Shown here: piece after piece, positions 30,909-37,927 of the stretch
Layout: every line of letters starts with the position of its first letter
Numbering within the stretch: the first letter of the stretch is position 1
Source of the DNA: Armatimonadota bacterium
GTDB taxonomy: Bacteria; Armatimonadota; UBA5829; DSUL01
Length of the DNA stretch: 64,000 bases
Assembly: GCA_039811685.1 (NCBI GenBank)
Contig: JBDHZC010000004.1
Location: 192,001 to 256,000 of the forward strand
Direction of reading: 5' to 3'
Notes under the pieces: generated by a model
The model's input: only the letters and a program-made list of their open reading frames with translations
Told to the model about the DNA's origin: nothing
The model's database searches: none
Position numbers and translations under genes: made by a program

Positions 30909-32102
30909 TTACAGGATATCTATGTCGTCAGTTGTCAATGACTGGCCAGTGGGTTTGACTTCCTCTCCTTTCTGCCTGACGCTGACACTGCGCCCGATCT
31001 CCGGTTCTAGCCATTCAAGCTGCGGCAGCGGAGTTCCACTTGTACTCATATACACCCAGTCCTGTGCGCGTGTAGTGCCAACAAAAAGGAGATCCTCTGG
31101 CGGTGTGGGCACGTTCTCAAAGCGGTGCCACGAGAGGTAAGGCATGAAAACACTGTTGAATGTGAGTCCTTTTGCCGAGTAGTAGGTCATCACTTTTGGA
31201 GCGTCTGATGTGTGGTCCGCCTCTTTATTAAACTCAGCTGGGATTCCCGCTTCCTGCAGACCCTTGGTGTTTCCGATCGCTAGACGGTTTGTGGGTACAA
31301 GAATTGCAACTCGCTCTCCCATGTTCACCCGCTCTCGAACAAGTCGGATCAGATTCTCCGACTCGTCGTGGTAGTCTGCTGCTTTGTACAGGACCACCGT
31401 TTCGCTCTGCTTGGTTGGGGTGTATTTCTGTGCCAGGAACTTCCCTCGCTCAGCCTCGTCGAGTAGGAAACACGCTGCCGCATTATGAACGTGGGGGCAG
31501 CACCGGAAGGCATTGATAAGGGCTATATTCTCCTGCTTTAGCCCCAGGGCTTCCAGCACCTGCCGCTCGTCAGTACCCTCTTCGTAGAGTCGCTGCTTCT
31601 GATCCATCGCTACCATAAGATGTCGACTGATCAAGGTGAGCGTGCTCAAGGATTCGGCATCAATATCCTGTGCTTCGTCCACGAGAACAAACTCATACAG
31701 TGGGCGAGGTAATCGCCGGGCTAGTAGATGGCTTCTCACTGCAGCTCTCATCTCCGTGAACGCAGGACATCTATCATTTCTGTTCCATGGAAGCTGCCGG
31801 CCAATGTGGTCTCTGTAGTAATCGCAACACCAGCTGTCCCAGGTGCAAACACTATCTTCCGGGAGATCAATCAAAGTGGAGTCGGCCTGAATGTACTCTT
31901 TCAGCGCATTTGTATAGACAAACAACTTGAAACTGTCGGGAGGAAGACCGTACTTTGTTCGCAAATAGTCCGCGCGATGCACAAGAACCATGGACTTGCC
32001 AGAACCAGGAGGCCCGGTGATAGCTCGGCTTCCGTCCATAGGTTGCTCCACGGCCCGCTGCTGTTCGGGTGTCAGGCGTGCAAAAGGCACGAGCCAAGCC
32101 AT
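30909..32102 (-). CDS. compact UvrD-like superfamily 1 helicase/ATPase
   Basis: LTPEQQ (Q motif), GPPGSGKS (I), LVDEAQD (II), MDQKQRLY (III), FRC (IV), MTYYSAKGLTF (V) and LFVGTTRA (VI); 397 aa. Confidence 0.88.
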   Translation of the reverse strand: MAWLVPFARLTPEQQRAVEQPMDGSRAITGPPGSGKSMVLVHRADYLRTKYGLPPDSFKLFVYTNALKEYIQADSTLIDLPEDSVCTWDSWCCDYYRDHIGRQLPWNRNDRCPAFTEMRAAVRSHLLARRLPRPLYEFVLVDEAQDIDAESLSTLTLISRHLMVAMDQKQRLYEEGTDERQVLEALGLKQENIALINAFRCCPHVHNAAACFLLDEAERGKFLAQKYTPTKQSETVVLYKAADYHDESENLIRLVRERVNMGERVAILVPTNRLAIGNTKGLQEAGIPAEFNKEADHTSDAPKVMTYYSAKGLTFNSVFMPYLSWHRFENVPTPPEDLLFVGTTRAQDWVYMSTSGTPLPQLEWLEPEIGRSVSVRQKGEEVKPTGQSLTTDDIDIL

Positions 32103-32105
32103 TTG

Positions 32106-34499
32106 CTACTCCTTCCCGCTGGGACCGATTGGGAGCACCCCTCCTCCGTCTTCTCCATTGCCACCCATCTTTCGGCGACGGCTTTCTTCGTCACAAGCCG
32201 AAAGGAGTTTGTTGTCTCCTACCATACGCGCTGCAAGGCGCAGCCAGCCCACCTCCCAATCCTCCAGAGCTTCAACAGGTCCGAACGTCTCAAGAGCTTG
32301 CGACAGCGCTGCATCTCGCCCGTCCTTGTCGCCTTGCCCGCTTAGGATTTTAGCGTAGAGAACGAGGTAGCCTGCTTCCCGTTCGCGTTCCAAAGCTTGC
32401 TCAACCAACAAACGCGCTTTTTGAAGTTCACCGCGATGCTCGAGAGAATCGGCGAGGTTAAATAGGGGCCCACCCCAGTTTGTGCCAGCTTGGGCCGCGG
32501 CCGTGTAGAAAGTCTCCTCCCGTTTATGATCGCCTAACCGCCCTGCGTAGATTCCGGCCAAGTTCAGCAGGCCCGGTTGCGGAGTACCGGCGATTGTATT
32601 TGCTGTCTTTAGATGACTGAGAGCCCGCTCGAATTGCCTTACCTCTGCACAGAGTACCGCGAGCTCCCGGAACGCGGCCACGCGGGCCCATCCCGCGTAA
32701 TCTCCTGTTCTAATCTTTTCCTCGATCTCAATAATCTTACCGCGAGTCTCGTTTGGGTCGACCACGTGGGTCAGAGGCCGTTCAACTGTGAGGCCGAATG
32801 GACTCCCCGGCGCTCCAGCGCGAAATGCCCGTATTGCCAGCATCTGGTTGTCGTCCATATGATACTGAACTACTAGGGATTCCCCCTTGGTCACCGGTCC
32901 CGAGATCCTCCAAATCGCAGATTGCAGCCGACGCTGGGCACGTCCGTCGTCAGCCGTCAGATCGATCCGAAGATCCAATGATTCAGCTGTCTCCGGTATG
33001 CTAAGGGTGTCTATCTGGCCCCAGCCGTCCGCAGGATATGGCACAGCTTCGCCCTTGGGAATCAGGGTGAGAATCCCATCTCTTGTGCGGAGGCCGATGC
33101 TATCGCTCAGAACTGGCTGAATAAGACCCGCGCCAAAAAGGCGCAGTGCCAATGAGTGCAAGGCTGCCCCCTCGGCGACGGCAGTCTGTATCTGTCCGTG
33201 GTCGTCAAAAGTCCGCACTTGTGCTTGAGGCCCCAGGTGTTGTTCCAGCGCCTCCACAACCTGTGGAATCAGGCTGCTGCCGCCGACGAGTAGCACTGTA
33301 TCCACGTCGGTTGGTCGCAAATTAGAGCGGGCTAGCGCATCATCCAGCGGCGCAAAGATGGAGCATGTGACGCCGTAATCACCCTCAATAGGCACTGTGA
33401 TGTCTTCGTCGAGAAACGGAGCGAGGATTGCCTCGAACTGTTCTAGCGTGAGAGAGGGGCTGGGTAGCAGAAGCTGCCTGCCATTTAACACACACTGATG
33501 GCTTGATGGAAGTACTGCAGTGTGGCGATCGGTATCTGTCGGATCGAAACGCTTGAAATCCTTGAGCCTTCGTACGCTGTTGCACAGCGATATCTTCAGT
33601 GACTCAGCCACGCCGAGAAGGGCTGGCTCCAGGAAGTACTTTCGCTCCTTGAACTCTATTTCGCTGGACGATATCCCATTTGCTTCGAGCAATGCAGGAA
33701 TCAGGACTTCATGTACAATGGAGTTATCAATGTCACCACCACCAAGCCGGTGGTAACGAGACACCGCTAGCGGAGCCACGCTTATCGGACGCTCCGGTGA
33801 CTGGCGCGTGAGCTGAAGTACCGCTATGTCGCAGGTGCCGCCGCCGAAGTCGAACACCACAAGGCGCGACGAGCCGCAGCGCTGCAGGGGATCCTCGTCT
33901 GGTAGGCCGTTGAGAAAAGTCAGAAACGCTCCAATCGGCTCATCAAGCAGATCCCCCGGCATTATCTGTATGCCTGCTTCGCGTGCCGCCTCCACAGTGT
34001 CCGAGCGCTGGGGCACCTGGAACGAGGCAGGTACCGTAACGACGGCCCTCTGAATGGCCGTGTCGTCGCGCAGCGTTTCCACCAGACACCCTAAAACTTT
34101 CGCTGCGATGTCGCGTGCGCATCGAAAGCCTTCCGGCGCCTGGTTGTAAGTGCGCGTAATGCCCATTTCATTCTTGCATTCGTAGAACAGGTCCCGGTAA
34201 GGTAAGAGGTTATACTCGGTGCTCTCAGCTCTTAGCCGCTTGGCGCCTTCCCCGACAAGTACCCGGTTTGGCAGAACAGCCACCACCGAAGGGAACAGCG
34301 GACTCGTAGTATTGCCGGCATTTAGTGTCTCTTGGGGAATATCGAGGCAACGCACCTGGACGCTCTCTGGCTGGTTTGGATCCCAGCTTGCCTCGGCGAC
34401 AGTTGAATTCGTTGTACCGAGATCAATGCCAATTCCCGTTACGGCTTCATCGGGTACGTCGTTCTGTCGTGCTGCCATAAGTTCACTGAAGTAGCTCAT
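32106..34499 (-). CDS. divergent Hsp70-family ATPase with C-terminal TPR-like repeats
   Basis: [48 protein letters not shown] and AVAEGAA motifs; C-terminal helical repeats (e.g. PLFNLADSLEHRGELQKARLLVEQAL); SD AAAGGA. Confidence 0.88.
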   Translation of the reverse strand: MSYFSELMAARQNDVPDEAVTGIGIDLGTTNSTVAEASWDPNQPESVQVRCLDIPQETLNAGNTTSPLFPSVVAVLPNRVLVGEGAKRLRAESTEYNLLPYRDLFYECKNEMGITRTYNQAPEGFRCARDIAAKVLGCLVETLRDDTAIQRAVVTVPASFQVPQRSDTVEAAREAGIQIMPGDLLDEPIGAFLTFLNGLPDEDPLQRCGSSRLVVFDFGGGTCDIAVLQLTRQSPERPISVAPLAVSRYHRLGGGDIDNSIVHEVLIPALLEANGISSSEIEFKERKYFLEPALLGVAESLKISLCNSVRRLKDFKRFDPTDTDRHTAVLPSSHQCVLNGRQLLLPSPSLTLEQFEAILAPFLDEDITVPIEGDYGVTCSIFAPLDDALARSNLRPTDVDTVLLVGGSSLIPQVVEALEQHLGPQAQVRTFDDHGQIQTAVAEGAALHSLALRLFGAGLIQPVLSDSIGLRTRDGILTLIPKGEAVPYPADGWGQIDTLSIPETAESLDLRIDLTADDGRAQRRLQSAIWRISGPVTKGESLVVQYHMDDNQMLAIRAFRAGAPGSPFGLTVERPLTHVVDPNETRGKIIEIEEKIRTGDYAGWARVAAFRELAVLCAEVRQFERALSHLKTANTIAGTPQPGLLNLAGIYAGRLGDHKREETFYTAAAQAGTNWGGPLFNLADSLEHRGELQKARLLVEQALEREREAGYLVLYAKILSGQGDKDGRDAALSQALETFGPVEALEDWEVGWLRLAARMVGDNKLLSACDEESRRRKMGGNGEDGGGVLPIGPSGKE

Positions 34500-34538
34500 G
34501 CGATTCCTTTCTTGCCAAGTTTGTGATGAGTTCCTTCC

Positions 34539-34611
34539 ACCCTCACACGTCGTACACCTTCAGCACCTCATCACCATAGTGGTTGATGACTTTGACGGCG
34601 ATTTTGCCGGA
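34539..34611 (-). repeat. 73-bp direct repeat copy 2 (current 3' end of mod)
   Basis: Matches 30806-30878 with three synonymous differences. Confidence 0.97.
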
Positions 34612-37338
34612 TTCGGGACGGGCGAAGGGGCGGCTTGTGGTGAGGTAGAGATCGGCCCACGCAGCTTCGTCCACCTCCGCTCGGAGCGCTCTCTTCAGTT
34701 TGTCGTATGGCTCGCCTGCGCCTGTGAAATAGGCGTGGCGCACGAAGAAGCTCTCTTCGTTGTAGCTCGTGTCTATGAACCAGGCGGCGATCTCGTCGGT
34801 TGCGTCTGACCGGAGCTCGCCAGTCGTCGGATCGTAGATGTCCACACCGCGGATAGTCACCTGCACCTGGTCGCCAGACAAGTGGCTCACCACGATATCC
34901 GGCTCTCCGAAGATCATGAAGAGGTTTCCGGCGCCGGTTTTCTTCAGGAGTTCGTCGCCCATCGTGAGGTCGGCGTTGATCCTTGTGGGAAGGACGACGA
35001 GGTTTCCGTAGCGCTTCGTCTCCTCGCCGACGTGTGGATCGAAGGCGAGGCCGGCGATGAGGAGCGTGTCGAATCCAGCGCCCTTCACAGCCTCCTTGGC
35101 GGCTTCACGTACGAGGTCCGGCGTGACGGTCCCAAACTCCGGGCCCACACAGACGGCCACCCGCTTTGTGGTCTCCCCTTCCGTATATTCACCGGCCGCG
35201 TGCAACCACTCGCCAGGGTAGATGTCCAGACGGTCGAACTTCAGCCGCTCACCCTTGACGGTGTTCTGGACACCGGCCTTCTTCATGTTTTCGATGATGG
35301 TGACGCCAAACTCGCCCGCTCCGCGGATAGAGAACTGGTAGCCGTCCTCCGTCGGCTTTTCAAGCTCTTTTTTGCTCTGCACGGATATCTGGCGGTGAGG
35401 AGACAGGCTTTCGACGGTGAAAGGGCCTGTAACGCGGATGCGCTTGTTGTCTTCGTAGGGCTTGTCGTAGAGAAACTCGGCGTCGGCCCGGCGGGCGATG
35501 CTGGCGTCAATCTCCTGCTGGCGCTCCCGGCGCAGGTCCCACCATTTCTTCAGCAGGGCCTCCGCCTCACTGCCCACTGGCTTCTTCCCGCTGTCCCCTG
35601 TCCGCGGCACTTCCCACTCTTCCCAGCTCTTTCCGAAGGCCTGGTTGATTTTTGCTCGCAAGTCCTCCAGCGCGGGCTGCCACTTTTCGTGGATGGTGTC
35701 TATCTCTTCGTTGTTGGCGATGGATTTCAGCGTGATGTGCGGCACGCGCTGGTAAACAAAGCCGCGCTTGATGTCGTGGCCAGTGGTCAGTGATTGGTGG
35801 TCAGTGGGCAGTGAGGCGTGGTCGGCTTCCAGCCCTCTGATTTCGGACTCTTTCTTGCGCCCCTCGGGGGAATCGGCCAGCAGGTAGTAAGGAAACTTCG
35901 CGCACATAAGGCGTGTGCGGGCAAGGGTCAGCGCTACGCGAGAGGTGTCGCAGGTGATCCAGCGGCGTCCCCACTGCTCCGCTACGTACGCCGTCGTGCC
36001 GCTGCCGCAGGTGGGGTCCAGGACGAGGTCGCCGGGGTCGGTGGTCATGAGGAGGCAACGCTCGATCACACGGCGCGCGGTCTGGACCACATACTGCTTG
36101 TCTTCGCTCCAGCCTGCTATGACGGTGTCAGTCCAGAGAGCGTTCAGTGGGACAGCACCGAAATCGTCGAGGAACCTAATGTACCCTGCCGAACTGCGCC
36201 GCGCGGAAACGCGACCGGCAGTGATCAGACGCGCCATACCTTCAGGGTTCGACTTGTAGCTGTTCGCATATGTGCGCCCGTTCACTACCACCTCGAATAC
36301 AGGGTTGCCTTGTGTCGCCAAATTGTCGTGGCGGAACAGCTTGCTGCCGGCCGGCAGCTGTTGTATCGCAGCTAAATCATCTGTCGGGAGTGTGCGGGTA
36401 CTTCCGTCAGGCAGCATTGCATAGCGGTATTCTGCTGTGCCGCCACCGCCCAACTCCTTGTTTAGGTAAAGCTGATGGTACTTCACAGCCTCTCGGTTCT
36501 TCGTGTACCACAGCAGATAGTCTGCAACCCCGGTCAGCAAGCGCGACTGGAAACCGCTGGTTTTCGCAAAGACTATCTCGCCGCAGGAATTCTCACTCCC
36601 AAACACCTCGTCCAGAAGGCACCGCACCAGGTGCACGTTCTCATCACCAATCTGCACGAACACGCTGCCGGATTCAGTGAGAAGCTCGCGGGCGACGACC
36701 AGCCTGTCGCGGAGATACGCGAGGTACGAGTGGATGCCGTACTCCCACGTGTCCCGGAACGCCCGGACCTGCTCCGGCTGGCGCGTCAGGTCAGAGGCTG
36801 CCCCGTCCTTCACATCGCGCTTGCGCGTGGACACCTGCCAGTTGCTGCCGAACTTGATGCCGTAGGGCGGGTCTATGTAGATCATCTGGACCTGCCCCTT
36901 CAGCCCCTCCTTCTCCGCCAGCGAGTTCATCACCAGCAGGCTGTCGCCCAGGATCATCCTGTTGGACCAGTGGTTGGCGTGCTCGTAGAACTGAATCTGT
37001 TCCTCGAACGGCAGGCCGTTGAAGGCATCGCCGAACAGATCGAGCTGGGCGGGGGGCGCTGGAGACGCTTGGGCGCTCGCCTGCCGCCGGAAGTCCTCGA
37101 TAATCGCCTGCGGGTGAATCTTCTCCTGAATGTAGATGGGGACAGACAGCACGGACAGGTCCTCAGCGTCCTGCTGGTCCTTGCCCTTCCACACAAGCTG
37201 GGGGTCCAGCGACGGATCGCGCGGATACAGCACCGCCTTCGGCTTCTGCTCGTCCTCGCTTACAAACCCTCGAAGCTCCTCCGTCGGTATGTTCGGCCGG
37301 GTGTCGGAATGGGTGATGTTCTCAATCTTCTTGTTCAT
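34543..37338 (-). CDS. mod: type III-like R-M DNA methyltransferase (beta-class amino-MTase, Mod)
   Basis: YIDPPYG (motif IV) precedes VLDPTCGSGTT (motif I) with a variable TRD between; downstream of res; start MNKKIE. Confidence 0.92.
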   Translation of the reverse strand: MNKKIENITHSDTRPNIPTEELRGFVSEDEQKPKAVLYPRDPSLDPQLVWKGKDQQDAEDLSVLSVPIYIQEKIHPQAIIEDFRRQASAQASPAPPAQLDLFGDAFNGLPFEEQIQFYEHANHWSNRMILGDSLLVMNSLAEKEGLKGQVQMIYIDPPYGIKFGSNWQVSTRKRDVKDGAASDLTRQPEQVRAFRDTWEYGIHSYLAYLRDRLVVARELLTESGSVFVQIGDENVHLVRCLLDEVFGSENSCGEIVFAKTSGFQSRLLTGVADYLLWYTKNREAVKYHQLYLNKELGGGGTAEYRYAMLPDGSTRTLPTDDLAAIQQLPAGSKLFRHDNLATQGNPVFEVVVNGRTYANSYKSNPEGMARLITAGRVSARRSSAGYIRFLDDFGAVPLNALWTDTVIAGWSEDKQYVVQTARRVIERCLLMTTDPGDLVLDPTCGSGTTAYVAEQWGRRWITCDTSRVALTLARTRLMCAKFPYYLLADSPEGRKKESEIRGLEADHASLPTDHQSLTTGHDIKRGFVYQRVPHITLKSIANNEEIDTIHEKWQPALEDLRAKINQAFGKSWEEWEVPRTGDSGKKPVGSEAEALLKKWWDLRRERQQEIDASIARRADAEFLYDKPYEDNKRIRVTGPFTVESLSPHRQISVQSKKELEKPTEDGYQFSIRGAGEFGVTIIENMKKAGVQNTVKGERLKFDRLDIYPGEWLHAAGEYTEGETTKRVAVCVGPEFGTVTPDLVREAAKEAVKGAGFDTLLIAGLAFDPHVGEETKRYGNLVVLPTRINADLTMGDELLKKTGAGNLFMIFGEPDIVVSHLSGDQVQVTIRGVDIYDPTTGELRSDATDEIAAWFIDTSYNEESFFVRHAYFTGAGEPYDKLKRALRAEVDEAAWADLYLTTSRPFARPESGKIAVKVINHYGDEVLKVYDV
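35563..35600. repeat. heptamer array A inside mod
   Basis: ctcactg-cccactg-gcttctt-cccgctg-tcccctg; 35563-35579 is the exact reverse complement of 35802-35818. Confidence 0.8.
35781..35818. repeat. heptamer array B inside mod (inverted relative to A)
   Basis: cagtggt-cagtgat-tggtggt-cagtggg-cagtgag. Confidence 0.85.
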
Positions 37339-37927
37339 GGGTCCTCTGGGCCTCATGGGACGCACGCTGAATGTTACGTTGCCGCAGCCGCGCCCGCGTC
37401 ATGCGCTCGCGCAGGCCACCTTCCTCAAGGAAGGACTTCTCCAGGCTTCTCAGCAGGCGGTCCAGCAGATAGTTCGTCTGGTGAATCAGGCAGATGATGG
37501 TGTTTGCCGCGACCTCCGGAGGCGCGTGGGCCACACGAGTCTCATAAGTCTTATAGGACACATGCTCCCCGTACGCCAGCTTCCGGATTACCTGCGCCTG
37601 CGGGTGGTTTTTGTCCCACGCCGGCAGTTTGCGCGTGCGCAGAAAGTCGCGGTAGTCCTCCAGAAGCTCCTCCAGACTGGCGCGCGCGACGTTCATCAGC
37701 TTGATTTCCGTCTCTTTGGAGGTCGCCGAAGCCATGCTCCCTTCCACGATGTTTTGCTTGCCAGACCTTGCCGCCTGAATCATCTGATCGTGTGTCCGGC
37801 TGCGCCTGTCAACAAAGCGCTGACAAAAGGCGGCCGTCGCGTCATAGACGATCCTGGCTTTCTGGTAGGCCGCAAGGTCCTGGTAGCCTCCGTGCTTCGG
37901 GATGAAGCCTGCTTCAGACATCGGCAT
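37322..37927 (-). CDS. four-helix-bundle protein with suffix domain (23S rRNA IVP/Avd-like superfamily)
   Basis: HGGY..L.AYQK, DQMIQAARSGKQNIVEG, ARASLEELL.DY.DFLR and suffix AANTIICLIHQTNYLLDR...F.EEGGLRERM motifs. Confidence 0.88.
   Translation of the reverse strand: MPMSEAGFIPKHGGYQDLAAYQKARIVYDATAAFCQRFVDRRSRTHDQMIQAARSGKQNIVEGSMASATSKETEIKLMNVARASLEELLEDYRDFLRTRKLPAWDKNHPQAQVIRKLAYGEHVSYKTYETRVAHAPPEVAANTIICLIHQTNYLLDRLLRSLEKSFLEEGGLRERMTRARLRQRNIQRASHEAQRTHEQED
37336..37364. repeat. 29-bp direct repeat at the four-helix/mod junction
   Basis: catgggtcctctgggcctcatgggacgca; 26/29 identical to 37925-37953. Confidence 0.9.

Noticed and set aside
30850..31140. 96-aa plus-strand ORF over the repeat and helicase end
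   Set aside because: Antisense to the helicase and the mod-tail copy; no independent support.
30806..34611. Prophage, IS or integron explanation for the cassette
   Set aside because: No integrase, transposase, terminal inverted repeats or attC-like palindromes were seen; the repeat is coding sequence of mod.
37322..37927. Diversity-generating retroelement suggested by the Avd-like protein
   Set aside because: No reverse transcriptase in the window. The 73-bp repeat differences are synonymous C/T changes on the coding strand rather than diversifying changes at adenines.
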